A DNA stretch of 64,000 bases. Origin: a virus. The stretch spans positions 64,001 through 128,000 of the IMG/VR virus record IMGVR_UViG_3300040758_000214. One strand, 5' to 3'. The notes beneath the pieces are model-generated. The model made no database searches. It worked only from the letters and a program-made list of their open reading frames with translations, and was not told the origin of the DNA. Both the position numbers and the translations under genes were made by a program. Within the stretch, counting starts at the first letter, position 1. Each line of letters opens with the position of its first letter. Below are positions 19,775 through 29,638 of the stretch, in pieces.

Positions 19775-20746
19775 TTACAATAACATCCAAACAACAACTA
19801 TTGCTGCGGCAATACCAACTCCTACTCCAATATTTCTTAACAAATGACTTTCAGGTTTTGGTGTAGCCATTGGATCCATCTGAGTAGGAGGATTGGGTTG
19901 ATTATTATTTGCATCTTCTACTGCTTTGGATGATAATGCAACATCTTTCATTGTTGGAGGAATATAATTAGGATCTTTTGGTTGACCACTCAATCCATTC
20001 GCTTGATTATCCATTTGATTCAATTTAGCTTTTAATTCAGCATTATCCTGTGCAAGACGATTTGCTTCATTTCTCCATTGAATCATGTCTGGATCTTGTT
20101 GATGTGAATAATACATCATTGCATATTGACGATCATTAATGTGGTCTAACATGAACCATAATGCCATACCATCCCACATTCCAAAATACGGATATGTATT
20201 ATATGCATAATAAGGCGTTGCATAATGATATCCACCATAAAATGAATTTCTATGGACATAATAAGTTCCAGGTGTTACATGATAAACATTTACAACTCTA
20301 TATGCAGTTTGTCTTGAAGAATTTGAATAATGATAATTAGAAGGTGGAGTTTTAAATTTACTTTGTTCTGCTTTATATGATGATAAAGCTTTTGATGATT
20401 CTGCTTTACTCACTCCAGTATTCATTCTTGATTGCATTGCAGTCTTTGGTACATTTGATGTTGGTTTAATTGCTGCTTTTGCTCCACCTGAATTTCCATA
20501 CCCGGAAGGTTTGGAAGTTTGAACTGCAGATGGTTTAAATGCACTATTTGAATATGACCTTGATGGAGACGTTGGAGCAGAATATGAACGACTTGGACTG
20601 CTATTTGAATATGACCTGGATGAATATGAACTTCCTCTAGAATAAGATCTCCCGCCTCCTCCGCCACCAGAAAAACCTTTAGCGAAGGATAAATCCGAAA
20701 TTGTTAAAGTTAATAAAATGGTTAAAAGTATACTAATGCGTTTCAT
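19775..20746 (-). CDS. Exported Gly/Ser-rich membrane-anchored protein, probable PspA-module partner
   Basis: Signal peptide, GGGG/RSYS low-complexity tract, FGMWDGMALWFML, C-terminal TM. Confidence 0.6.
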   Translation of the reverse strand: MKRISILLTILLTLTISDLSFAKGFSGGGGGGRSYSRGSSYSSRSYSNSSPSRSYSAPTSPSRSYSNSAFKPSAVQTSKPSGYGNSGGAKAAIKPTSNVPKTAMQSRMNTGVSKAESSKALSSYKAEQSKFKTPPSNYHYSNSSRQTAYRVVNVYHVTPGTYYVHRNSFYGGYHYATPYYAYNTYPYFGMWDGMALWFMLDHINDRQYAMMYYSHQQDPDMIQWRNEANRLAQDNAELKAKLNQMDNQANGLSGQPKDPNYIPPTMKDVALSSKAVEDANNNQPNPPTQMDPMATPKPESHLLRNIGVGVGIAAAIVVVWMLL

Positions 20747-20767
20747 TTGTTTCTCCTTGAATTTAAT

Positions 20768-23700
20768 TTATTTTTGTATTCCAATTACTGTAAGATAATT
20801 ATGTAAAAGTTTTACAGTTTCTGGACATCCATCTATGACTTTTGTTTCTTTATGATCAGAATCAATCATTTGTTTAATCCATTGGTTCTTCTTATCAATG
20901 CAATCAGACTTTGTAGTTAAGATCTCTCTTAAATTTTCGGTTGCATCTTGCGCTATTAAGCAGGCGAGTTCCATTTCGCCCGCGCGTTGGCCACCAGGAG
21001 GCTTTAAACCCTTATTTAAAATTCCTTTTCGTTTTGTATTTCCACCTCCAATTGGTTGTAGAGTCTTTTTCATATACAGACCAATTCCTCTTGCAGTCAT
21101 TTTGCTTTCAGCAATATGAAGCATACGAAAAAAGTACATCCAACCACATGCAATCATATTCTCAGTAAAACAATCAAATTCAGGGAGATAAACTTTTTGC
21201 TCATATTTACTTCCAGTGAATTCCATTGCAATTTTAAGCATTTCTTTAGTACATGATTCAAATGGGGGTTGAATTATTGTTAACTCTTCAATAAATTCTT
21301 TAGTTACAATTAAGGGGACTCTTTCTATAAATTGACTAGAATACCACTTTCCTTTTGTATTATCTATCATGGAAATAAATGTAATTAAATAACTCTTTAT
21401 ATCATCTTGAGATTTATCAGAATCTATCATTTGAATTAATTGCTTCTTTAAATTTTCTAAGGCTAATCCTAAATGTAATTCAAATATTTGTCCGATATTC
21501 ATTCTAGATGGCACACCTAGAGCATTTATACAAATATCAACATGTCTTCCATCTTCTAATCTTGGCATTTTATCATGTGGAACAATTCTTGAAATTACTC
21601 CTTTATTTCCATGACGATTTCCTATTTTATCTCCTACTGCAATACTTCTTGTATATACTCCATACATTTCTACATACATTCCATTAATTTTCTCATTTTT
21701 ACTTTTATATTTTCCGGTATGAGAAAATTTATCTAAATCATGATCTCTTATAAATTGTAAAGCTTCATCCTTTGGTAATGAATCATAAATAGGTTTTTGT
21801 AATTCTTTTTCATATTCAATTTGACTTTGAATTTTCTTTTCAACCCAATCATTAAATTCTGGTATTTCTTTATTCCATTCATTTGCATAAATATTAACTT
21901 CATTTACACCAACGACTTGTTTCTTAATTGTTAATGGAATAGCTTCTTCAAAGATTGATGAAAAGTCCATTGGTCCACTTGGTATTTCTTTTAAAATTGC
22001 ATAAGGAGTTCCTGCTTTAAGAACTTCAAAATTTAAAGGAGATTTACTTTTTGTTGCTTTTGGATTTGGTAAAGGTTTATAAATCTTTTTCTTTGTTCTC
22101 CTTTCTTCTTCTAATTCATCTTTAGTTCTATAAGGAAGATTAAATAAAACTTTACTCGGTGATAATGTAAATGATAAATCTATAAAATGAATAGAAGTAA
22201 AGACGTCTTTTCCATTTATTAATCTATCAGATATTAAAATTCCATCTTCAAAATTATATCCATCATATGATGTAACTGCAGTTAATAAATTTTTACCAAT
22301 ATTTATTTTACCATTTTTACAAAAACTAGATTCAATTAAAATATCTCCGGCTTTAAATTTATCTCCAACTTTAAAATAAATTGAATCAATTAAATCTAAA
22401 TTTTCAACATATATTTTTCTATAAAAAGTATCAAAAATATCTACGGTTTTATCATCATATACTACAATCATATGATTAGAATCTAAAAATATTACTTCTC
22501 CATTTTGTTTAGCTCTTCTTACAAATTGAGTTTGATCTGTATATAATCCTTCACATCCACTTTGAATCATTGGAATATCAAAATCTGTAAGACAAATTGA
22601 TTGCCTCATTTGAGAAGATGCCATTTGTAATCTTGTTTGGTCATCATGTTCTAAAAATGGAACTAATGATACAGGAATTGAAATAGGTTGTAATTCTAAA
22701 TATTCATCTGTAAATTTTAAATTTGAGTCAAGAATAGTATTTGGAATTAAATTTTGTAATACTCCACAATTTTCTCTATCTGGAGTATCTACAGGACATA
22801 CTCTACCAAACATAGAAGGGGTAATATCTCTTAAATGTTTAGGTACATTTTCTCTATCAAATCCTCCCGGTCCAACTAAACTTGTTCTTGATAATTTTGT
22901 TAATTCATCAATAGGATTAATTGAAAAGTCAAATTGGACTATATCAGACACATTACAATCTGATAATATCTGAGTTGAATTAATATTAAATTTAGGAGAT
23001 TTGGCAGTTCTATTTGACATACAAAAATCAAATATCGTTTTAGAAACCTTAGCTAAAACGATATATTCAAAACATCTAATTCTTTTATTAATATAATTTG
23101 TATCATCTATTTTTTCAGATTGTATTACATCAATCAATTCTTCTAAAATAGATTGAGTTCTAAAGAATTTAGAAGACATAATATCACACTTTAATATAAT
23201 ATCTAAAGCATATATCATATCTTGACCTTTTTGTGTTGGATCATATTTAGAACTAAATTTTCCTAGTTCTTTAATAAAATCATCTTGTGAATAATCTTCT
23301 GATGTATCATAATATCCTTTTAAATCATAAACTAATTTTTCAATCAATGTGTTTGGTGATTCATATTCCATATCTTTTAAACCAAATTTTTGATCTAAAT
23401 AATCTAATCCATAATATGATAATAATAGAAGAGAAAGAGGAACTATTTTATTTAAAAAACTCACTCTAATAAAAGGTTCCTCTTTAAATTCAATCACTGT
23501 AAGAGTTGCACAATTAGTTCTAATCTTAATTGTTTTTCCCCTTGTTACAACAGGAATATCAAACAATTGAAATAATGGAATCTTTCTCTTTCCATTAATA
23601 TAAAAGTAATTCCCATCTATTAATTTTGGAATAGACATTGATAAATTTATTTCTGCAGTAAGTTTTTTAAATTTAATAACAATATTCTTTTTTAATGTCC

Positions 23701-23890
23701 TATCCAATTCTCCTTCCATTGAAAATCTATGATCCCTTATCCCAAAATCAACAATTTCAAAACCAAGTTCTTCAGCTGGAACTAATATTTGTCTAATCTT
23801 ATTTTCTAAATCCTGATATTCATCTTTTCTAATTGTAAATATATTTTTGTTTAAATTGTGCAATTTGTAAAAAGGATTTATTAAGTCCAT
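20768..23890 (-). CDS. rpoB: DNA-directed RNA polymerase beta subunit (phage, unsplit)
   Basis: GRVCPVDTPDRENCG, PFLEHDD..R.QM, GYNFEDG, GDKIGNRHGNKG, GVPSRMNIGQ, GGQRAGEME. Confidence 0.96.
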   Translation of the reverse strand: MDLINPFYKLHNLNKNIFTIRKDEYQDLENKIRQILVPAEELGFEIVDFGIRDHRFSMEGELDRTLKKNIVIKFKKLTAEINLSMSIPKLIDGNYFYINGKRKIPLFQLFDIPVVTRGKTIKIRTNCATLTVIEFKEEPFIRVSFLNKIVPLSLLLLSYYGLDYLDQKFGLKDMEYESPNTLIEKLVYDLKGYYDTSEDYSQDDFIKELGKFSSKYDPTQKGQDMIYALDIILKCDIMSSKFFRTQSILEELIDVIQSEKIDDTNYINKRIRCFEYIVLAKVSKTIFDFCMSNRTAKSPKFNINSTQILSDCNVSDIVQFDFSINPIDELTKLSRTSLVGPGGFDRENVPKHLRDITPSMFGRVCPVDTPDRENCGVLQNLIPNTILDSNLKFTDEYLELQPISIPVSLVPFLEHDDQTRLQMASSQMRQSICLTDFDIPMIQSGCEGLYTDQTQFVRRAKQNGEVIFLDSNHMIVVYDDKTVDIFDTFYRKIYVENLDLIDSIYFKVGDKFKAGDILIESSFCKNGKINIGKNLLTAVTSYDGYNFEDGILISDRLINGKDVFTSIHFIDLSFTLSPSKVLFNLPYRTKDELEEERRTKKKIYKPLPNPKATKSKSPLNFEVLKAGTPYAILKEIPSGPMDFSSIFEEAIPLTIKKQVVGVNEVNIYANEWNKEIPEFNDWVEKKIQSQIEYEKELQKPIYDSLPKDEALQFIRDHDLDKFSHTGKYKSKNEKINGMYVEMYGVYTRSIAVGDKIGNRHGNKGVISRIVPHDKMPRLEDGRHVDICINALGVPSRMNIGQIFELHLGLALENLKKQLIQMIDSDKSQDDIKSYLITFISMIDNTKGKWYSSQFIERVPLIVTKEFIEELTIIQPPFESCTKEMLKIAMEFTGSKYEQKVYLPEFDCFTENMIACGWMYFFRMLHIAESKMTARGIGLYMKKTLQPIGGGNTKRKGILNKGLKPPGGQRAGEMELACLIAQDATENLREILTTKSDCIDKKNQWIKQMIDSDHKETKVIDGCPETVKLLHNYLTVIGIQK

Positions 23891-23938
23891 TCATGTCTCC
23901 TTTTGGTTTAGTTAAAGTATGGATTGTATGATTTTCAA

Positions 23939-24280
23939 TTAAATATGACGTTGTGAATAATTGTTACAATAAACCATTATTGCCTCATATAATGCTAATT
24001 TAAAATCTCTATTAGAAGTAGTAACAATCAATGTATGTTCTTTAGTATAATATAACTTAACATCAGTTATTTTATTTCCACAACAACAAATATTCTCACT
24101 AAAATTTATAGATAATCCGATTGAATTGATTCTTTGTATAGTGCTTTCAACTAAGATTGAGCTTCCTAAATAATTTGGAAGATATCCAAAGTTTCCCCAA
24201 GGATCACACCATCTATTTGCAGAATCCTTTATCATTCCAAAAACTTTTTCAGCAATTTCTTCATTTGTAATTTTATTCAT
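23939..24280 (-). CDS. Phage ABA-sandwich-like protein inserted between RNAP genes
   Basis: NEEIAEKVFG...LPNY pattern. Confidence 0.4.
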   Translation of the reverse strand: MNKITNEEIAEKVFGMIKDSANRWCDPWGNFGYLPNYLGSSILVESTIQRINSIGLSINFSENICCCGNKITDVKLYYTKEHTLIVTTSNRDFKLALYEAIMVYCNNYSQRHI

Positions 24281-26980
24281 TTAAAACTCCCCTAATAATA
24301 TTTTGTCAAAAATTCCCTCATAGTTTCCAGAATTTAAAAGTCCCTTAATTATTGCAGATTTGGGATTCGAAAAAGCAATAGCAAGTAACCATGACTCATT
24401 TGTTGGAGCACTTTGGATTGAAAGGAACTTCGGTGTAACTTTATCTCTATTTTTCATTAATCTCCATTTATAATGTCCGACCCACATTAATTGCGATACA
24501 ATAGATTCAAAATGAACATGAAGTATTCCTTTGCTATTATTATAAACATCGAATAAATCAGAAACTAAATCTTCAGCAGTTTGGTCTTTTTTAAATTTAT
24601 GGAATAAATCAGACACAATTTTTAAATCACTAATTACATCTGATTGTTCCATATCAACAGATCCTTCTTTAATATTTGCTACACCTGATAAGTGGAAGGT
24701 ACGTAAGGTCAATTGTGTAGTGCACTCCCCCAAAGATTGCGCTCCAAGGATACCTATATACTTACTATCATTTAATTTATGAGTATTTCCATAACATGTT
24801 AGACAAATTTCTGGTGATGTGCAATATATTGGGCTTCTCACTTTTAACATTTGACCAACTAATTCTGAGCATTTATTTAATGTAATTAATTCTAATTTAT
24901 CATTATTTAAATAATATTTATTCACTAACATTTTTGCTTTATTTAAATTTTTAACATATACATTTAAATAATCTTTAGTTTCGCAATCCTTTAAATTTTT
25001 ATTTAATAAAAGATTAACTCCAGTGAATATTAATTTTCTTGATAAATATCCAGAAGTTCCAGTATTTAAAGCAACATCTAATAATCCTTTTCTACAACCA
25101 TAAGTTGAATTGAAGAATTCTTCTTCTGTTAATCCATCAAGTAAATTATTTTTAATTGCTTTAGGATATATTTCTCCATTAAAATTAGATACATATCCTC
25201 TGGTTAAAATCATTTGTTTTGCCTGATCCCAATTTCCACGAGCTCCTGAGTCAATTAAGTACGAATACTCAAAATTTTCTCTTAATGAATTTTCAATTTC
25301 AGGACTTGATAATTTATTAATTTGAGTCATTATATCATTAGACTCATAAATTGAATCTTTCAATTCTTGAACATTTGGAATTTCACAATGATTTAGAGAA
25401 ATAGTAGGAGCAAAAATTGTTGCATATTTGAATCCAACTTCTTTAATTTTATCTAGAGTTTGAACTGTTATATTTTCTGGCCAATTATTTTTAATACCAT
25501 TTAATATTTTTATCAGATTCTTTTTTATAACTATTTCATTTATTACCGGAAAATCTTCTGGCAAACATTCATTAAAGATTTTCATTCCTTCTGTAATTTC
25601 AATTCCTTTATATACAACTTTATTTAATAATGATGAAATTTTATTAGATGTAAGTGCATATAATCCCAATATTATATCTTGAGAAGGAACTGTAGCTAAA
25701 CTTTCATTTGCAGGACTTGTTAAATTTTTAGTAACTATTAATTTATCTAATGTTTCTTGTTTTGTCTTTTCTGTGATGGGAATATACACAGCCATCTGGT
25801 CTCCATCAAAATCTGCATTGAATCCTGAGCAAACTAATGGATGAATTTTAATAACATTATCTAATGAAGTTTTAATTTTAAATCCACAAATACTAAGTCT
25901 ATGAAGAGATGGTTGTCTATTTAACAAACATACTTCACCTTTAACAATTTCAGAGATATCATTGAATAAATCTGGTTTTTTCAATTCGATACAATTATCT
26001 ATAAAATCAATTGCATCATTTAATAATTTAAATTTACTATGTTCTATTAATCTTTTTGCTAATGGTAATTTGAATAACTCTAAAACCATAACATATGGAA
26101 GAACACATTCATCTAAATTTAATTTTGGATCAGGAATAATAACTGCTCTTCCTGAGAAATCAATTCTTTTACCTAATATATTTCCTCTTATTAATCCTTC
26201 TTTTTTACTAAGTTTTGTAACTATATGCGCATATAATTCATTTACATCTTTTTGTAATTGCCTAAAATATTGATAATAGAATTGTTTACTATGTTCTATA
26301 TCTACAATTGTATTTTGCATTGTTTCTTTTTTTGTTAAAATTTGCATATAATATCTATTTATTTCATCTACAATTTGATTATTCTTTTCAGATCCTTTTG
26401 CAGCTGGTCTTAAATCAGGTGGTAAAACTATAATATTTCTTATTAATAATGTATCAATATTATCTCTAATTAATTTCCATGCAGGAATATCATCTGCTAA
26501 TGCTATTGAAATTCCATTAACCATTTCATAAATTGCTTCAGTTCTTTCCCATATTCTACATCCTGCTTTTACATTTTCTAATTCCTTTACTACAACATAA
26601 TCATCTCCATCTTTATATAAAATACTTTTTTCATCTTTTAATAATAAGTCTATAGAATTCATTAAAGATGAGCCACCTAAAGTGGTAAGTAAATCATAAA
26701 ATACTGGATTCATAACTTTAATTGGAATTACAATTTTGGCAAATCTTCTTCTTCTTTCATAACTATTTACAATATCAACTTGACATACATTACATGCTCC
26801 ACCATCTGCTCTAGATATACCAAAGTAAGTTCCACACTGACAAGTATAGTTTCTTAATGGTCCAAAAATCTGTTCAGAAAATAAACCATTAGGATGATAA
26901 TTCTTTTTGTCCATCATTTTAATGGATGAAACTTCCTTTAAATTTTCACAGAAAGCATTGATGTTTAGAAGAGTTGGCAT
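24281..26980 (-). CDS. rpoC: DNA-directed RNA polymerase beta' subunit (phage, unsplit)
   Basis: GLFSEQIFGP, Zn ribbon, VLPPDLRP, GKRIDFSGR, LNRQPSLHR, catalytic NADFDGD, TQLTLRTFH. Confidence 0.97.
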   Translation of the reverse strand: MPTLLNINAFCENLKEVSSIKMMDKKNYHPNGLFSEQIFGPLRNYTCQCGTYFGISRADGGACNVCQVDIVNSYERRRRFAKIVIPIKVMNPVFYDLLTTLGGSSLMNSIDLLLKDEKSILYKDGDDYVVVKELENVKAGCRIWERTEAIYEMVNGISIALADDIPAWKLIRDNIDTLLIRNIIVLPPDLRPAAKGSEKNNQIVDEINRYYMQILTKKETMQNTIVDIEHSKQFYYQYFRQLQKDVNELYAHIVTKLSKKEGLIRGNILGKRIDFSGRAVIIPDPKLNLDECVLPYVMVLELFKLPLAKRLIEHSKFKLLNDAIDFIDNCIELKKPDLFNDISEIVKGEVCLLNRQPSLHRLSICGFKIKTSLDNVIKIHPLVCSGFNADFDGDQMAVYIPITEKTKQETLDKLIVTKNLTSPANESLATVPSQDIILGLYALTSNKISSLLNKVVYKGIEITEGMKIFNECLPEDFPVINEIVIKKNLIKILNGIKNNWPENITVQTLDKIKEVGFKYATIFAPTISLNHCEIPNVQELKDSIYESNDIMTQINKLSSPEIENSLRENFEYSYLIDSGARGNWDQAKQMILTRGYVSNFNGEIYPKAIKNNLLDGLTEEEFFNSTYGCRKGLLDVALNTGTSGYLSRKLIFTGVNLLLNKNLKDCETKDYLNVYVKNLNKAKMLVNKYYLNNDKLELITLNKCSELVGQMLKVRSPIYCTSPEICLTCYGNTHKLNDSKYIGILGAQSLGECTTQLTLRTFHLSGVANIKEGSVDMEQSDVISDLKIVSDLFHKFKKDQTAEDLVSDLFDVYNNSKGILHVHFESIVSQLMWVGHYKWRLMKNRDKVTPKFLSIQSAPTNESWLLAIAFSNPKSAIIKGLLNSGNYEGIFDKILLGEF

Positions 26981-27008
26981 CTCTTAGCTCCTTTATTTAA
27001 TTTTATTA

Positions 27009-27266
27009 TTAAAAATTTTCGATTATATATGTAGCTAATGCATTGAAGTGTTCTTTTACAATTTGTGCTGTGATTTTATGTATCTCGGGAATAATTTCTT
27101 GAACTATTTCTTTTACTTCATCTCTTGTTAAAATTTCTCCTTTTTCTTCAAGAGCTATATTTATTTTACTTTCAATTTCAGAATCTAATAATTCATAAAA
27201 TGAATTTTTTGATTCTATTAATCCTTTATTTTTTTTCATCAGAAACTCCTTTAACCTGCTTTTCAA
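27009..27266 (-). CDS. Small helical protein upstream of rpoC
   Basis: ORF; likely start MKKNK. Confidence 0.5.
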   Translation of the reverse strand: MKSRLKEFLMKKNKGLIESKNSFYELLDSEIESKINIALEEKGEILTRDEVKEIVQEIIPEIHKITAQIVKEHFNALATYIIENF

Positions 27267-27408
27267 TTAATTTTTTTGTACGAATCGAAAAAACATCTAC
27301 CATCATTCCGAAAGACTTATTCACAAACTTTTTTAAACTATCAGAAATATCATCAATTAATTCATGAGCTGTTGTTTCTAATTTACTTTTTTCTTTATTA
27401 TCAGGCAT
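27226..27408 (-). CDS. Small hypothetical protein
   Basis: 60-aa ORF with AGGAG SD. Confidence 0.5.
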   Translation of the reverse strand: MPDNKEKSKLETTAHELIDDISDSLKKFVNKSFGMMVDVFSIRTKKLIEKQVKGVSDEKK

Positions 27409-27904
27409 ATATCAATTTCTCCTTTTCTACATCATTTTCATCATAACCATTTATGTTCCAAATAAATCTTTTATTATTTTTTTGTTTTTCTTTATGAATT
27501 CTAAAACTAAAATTTTTTGGATCTGATATATTAATAAATTCAAAACAATTCCAATATGATTTATAAAAGGTATTATAATTATAAGTTAAGAATTGATGTT
27601 CTATTATTTCTAAATCAGAATCTATTTCAAATAAATTTTGTTTAAAGAATTCTTGTATACAAAATATATTGGTAACTGGATTTTTATTTGGGTGAGGATT
27701 TTTAAACATTATAGATTCCAAATATCCATTTTTTAATTTTATCTCATATTTATTAATAATGAATTTATAAGGTATTTTTATTATTTCATATTTTTTTTCA
27801 TTCTTAATTAATATTTTAGGAATAATGAAACAATTAACTTTTATATGAATGATATTGATCTTATTTTCAACACTTGCTTTAATCAATTCTATTTTGTTTA
27901 GCAT
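27401..27904 (-). CDS. Putative E2 (UBC-fold)-like protein
   Basis: KNPHPNKNPVTNIFCI = HPN motif with downstream Cys; follows an E1-like gene. Confidence 0.45.
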   Translation of the reverse strand: MLNKIELIKASVENKINIIHIKVNCFIIPKILIKNEKKYEIIKIPYKFIINKYEIKLKNGYLESIMFKNPHPNKNPVTNIFCIQEFFKQNLFEIDSDLEIIEHQFLTYNYNTFYKSYWNCFEFINISDPKNFSFRIHKEKQKNNKRFIWNINGYDENDVEKEKLIYA

Positions 27905-27918
27905 AAGTATATGTCTCC

Positions 27919-28791
27919 TTATGCCGAAATAGTTTGAGTAATAATTTTTACTAAATATTTATTCTGTCTTGCTAAAGGCATACAAACTCTATAAGTCATA
28001 TTTTTATCTATTAACATTGATAAAATCTGTTCTCTAACATCATCAACATCTTTTAATTGTGTCATTCTTATTTCTTTTATATTTTCTTTTTTTTCATCTT
28101 TTAGAGAAAATAATATTGGAAACTTTTTATTTCTTTCTATAATATCGGATACATGAAGATCTAAATCTTCTAATATTTCATCACTATCATGACTTTCAAA
28201 TATAACATTGACTCCATCATTATAATTTTTAAATTCATAAAAGTCAGATTTTGTTAAATCTAAATCAATTGAATATAATTTTTTTAAATCTACTAATTCT
28301 TTAATCATTCCACTTTCAAAATATTGAGTAGCCATTAATGCAGCCATTTCAATTTTAGATTTACTAAGTTCTACAGAATATCTTGTATTTACTAATGGCT
28401 TATATGTAATATTTTTTCTACAATCTAAAACTAAAAAATCCGAATATTGAAAATACATTTTAACATCAACTCTATTATTTCTATTATTAAAATTATCAGT
28501 GCAATCTATAATTAAATCAATATTATTCGGGATTATAGTATGATCTATAAAATTTGTTTTAGAAACAATAACTTTAATATCTTTATAATCTCTAAGTATT
28601 TTATTTCTAATTGGATAAACTTTTCCTTGCCCGATATCATTTTGATTATATAATGAATTAATCAAATTTTTCTCATTGACAATATCTGAATCATATAATA
28701 ATAATTCTTTAACACAACCAGATTTAGCTAAATGATATGAAAAGAAACTCCCCAACGATCCAACTCCAGCAATTAAAATCCTATTAAACAT
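27919..28791 (-). CDS. ThiF/E1-like adenylation-domain protein (second copy)
   Basis: IAGVGSLGS, YDSDIVNEKNL, GQGKV, IIDCTDN. Confidence 0.8.
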   Translation of the reverse strand: MFNRILIAGVGSLGSFFSYHLAKSGCVKELLLYDSDIVNEKNLINSLYNQNDIGQGKVYPIRNKILRDYKDIKVIVSKTNFIDHTIIPNNIDLIIDCTDNFNNRNNRVDVKMYFQYSDFLVLDCRKNITYKPLVNTRYSVELSKSKIEMAALMATQYFESGMIKELVDLKKLYSIDLDLTKSDFYEFKNYNDGVNVIFESHDSDEILEDLDLHVSDIIERNKKFPILFSLKDEKKENIKEIRMTQLKDVDDVREQILSMLIDKNMTYRVCMPLARQNKYLVKIITQTISA

Positions 28792-28801
28792 AATACTCCT
28801 T

Positions 28802-29035
28802 CTACTGCTTGAAATTCTCCATCCGTTCTACAATATCATTAATTTCGCCTTGTAAAAACTTAACTTCTGACAAACTAAGTCTTCCTAGTTTTAAAAATTT
28901 TCCGTCATTTGATATTCTTGTCAATTGTAATTTAGGGGCTCCACCCTTATAAGAATAAACTTCACCTTTAATATTAACATCATCTTCTAAAGGTTTAATT
29001 TCAAATAATAATTTGTCATCTTCTTGATTATACAT
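28802..29035 (-). CDS. PC4/YdbC-like ssDNA-binding protein
   Basis: VYSYKGGAPKLQLTR...KLGRLSLSEV. Confidence 0.6.
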   Translation of the reverse strand: MYNQEDDKLLFEIKPLEDDVNIKGEVYSYKGGAPKLQLTRISNDGKFLKLGRLSLSEVKFLQGEINDIVERMENFKQ

Positions 29036-29054
29036 TTATATCTCCTATGTTTAA

Positions 29055-29086
29055 TGAAAAGGGATATTTTTACATATCCCTTTTCA
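29055..29086 (-). terminator. Intrinsic terminator-like hairpin
   Basis: TGAAAAGGGATAT...ATATCCCTTTTCA. Confidence 0.65.
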
Positions 29087-29105
29087 ATTTTATTAAACAA
29101 CTTTA

Positions 29106-29567
29106 TTATTCGGAATAGATATCTATATGATCAGGCATGTATTCACTTTTGAATTGAAAATATTTTGCTGCTACTTTTATGGGATAACTCTTTGGAACAT
29201 CTATTTTTATTCCAGATTTATCATTTTTCTTTGCTGGACAAAATAATAAATTATTTTGAATGGCTTCTTGTGCAGCTCTTTCTAATTTTTCAGAATCTGA
29301 AATAATAATTTTTTCAATCCAAAATTCAACATTCCTATCAGGGATTATTTCATATGAATTTTCTCCGCTCATTAAAGCTTTCATTGCTCTTCCAAAAGCA
29401 ATATTTCTAGATTTCTTTCTAATATGATTATCTAGAATTGAACAGATAGAAATTCCCCTTGCAATTAATTTTCTATCTGCATCTTCAATTTCACATACTG
29501 TAAATGCATTATTTAGTATGTCAGTTTTTTTATATGAATATCTTATTCTTAGATTACTCACGTCCAT
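29106..29567 (-). CDS. Hypothetical phage protein (G.S.C...D....R.IA..RA family)
   Basis: ARGISICSILDNHIRKKSRNIAFGRA. Confidence 0.5.
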   Translation of the reverse strand: MDVSNLRIRYSYKKTDILNNAFTVCEIEDADRKLIARGISICSILDNHIRKKSRNIAFGRAMKALMSGENSYEIIPDRNVEFWIEKIIISDSEKLERAAQEAIQNNLLFCPAKKNDKSGIKIDVPKSYPIKVAAKYFQFKSEYMPDHIDIYSE

Positions 29568-29591
29568 ATCTATCTCCAGACTATGTTTTTT

Positions 29592-29623
29592 AGGGATGCA
29601 TTACTTTAATATAATGCATCCCT
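29592..29623 (-). terminator. Intrinsic terminator-like hairpin after Ubl gene
   Basis: AGGGATGCATTA...TAATGCATCCCT. Confidence 0.65.
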
Positions 29624-29638
29624 TCCAATTAATAAAAA

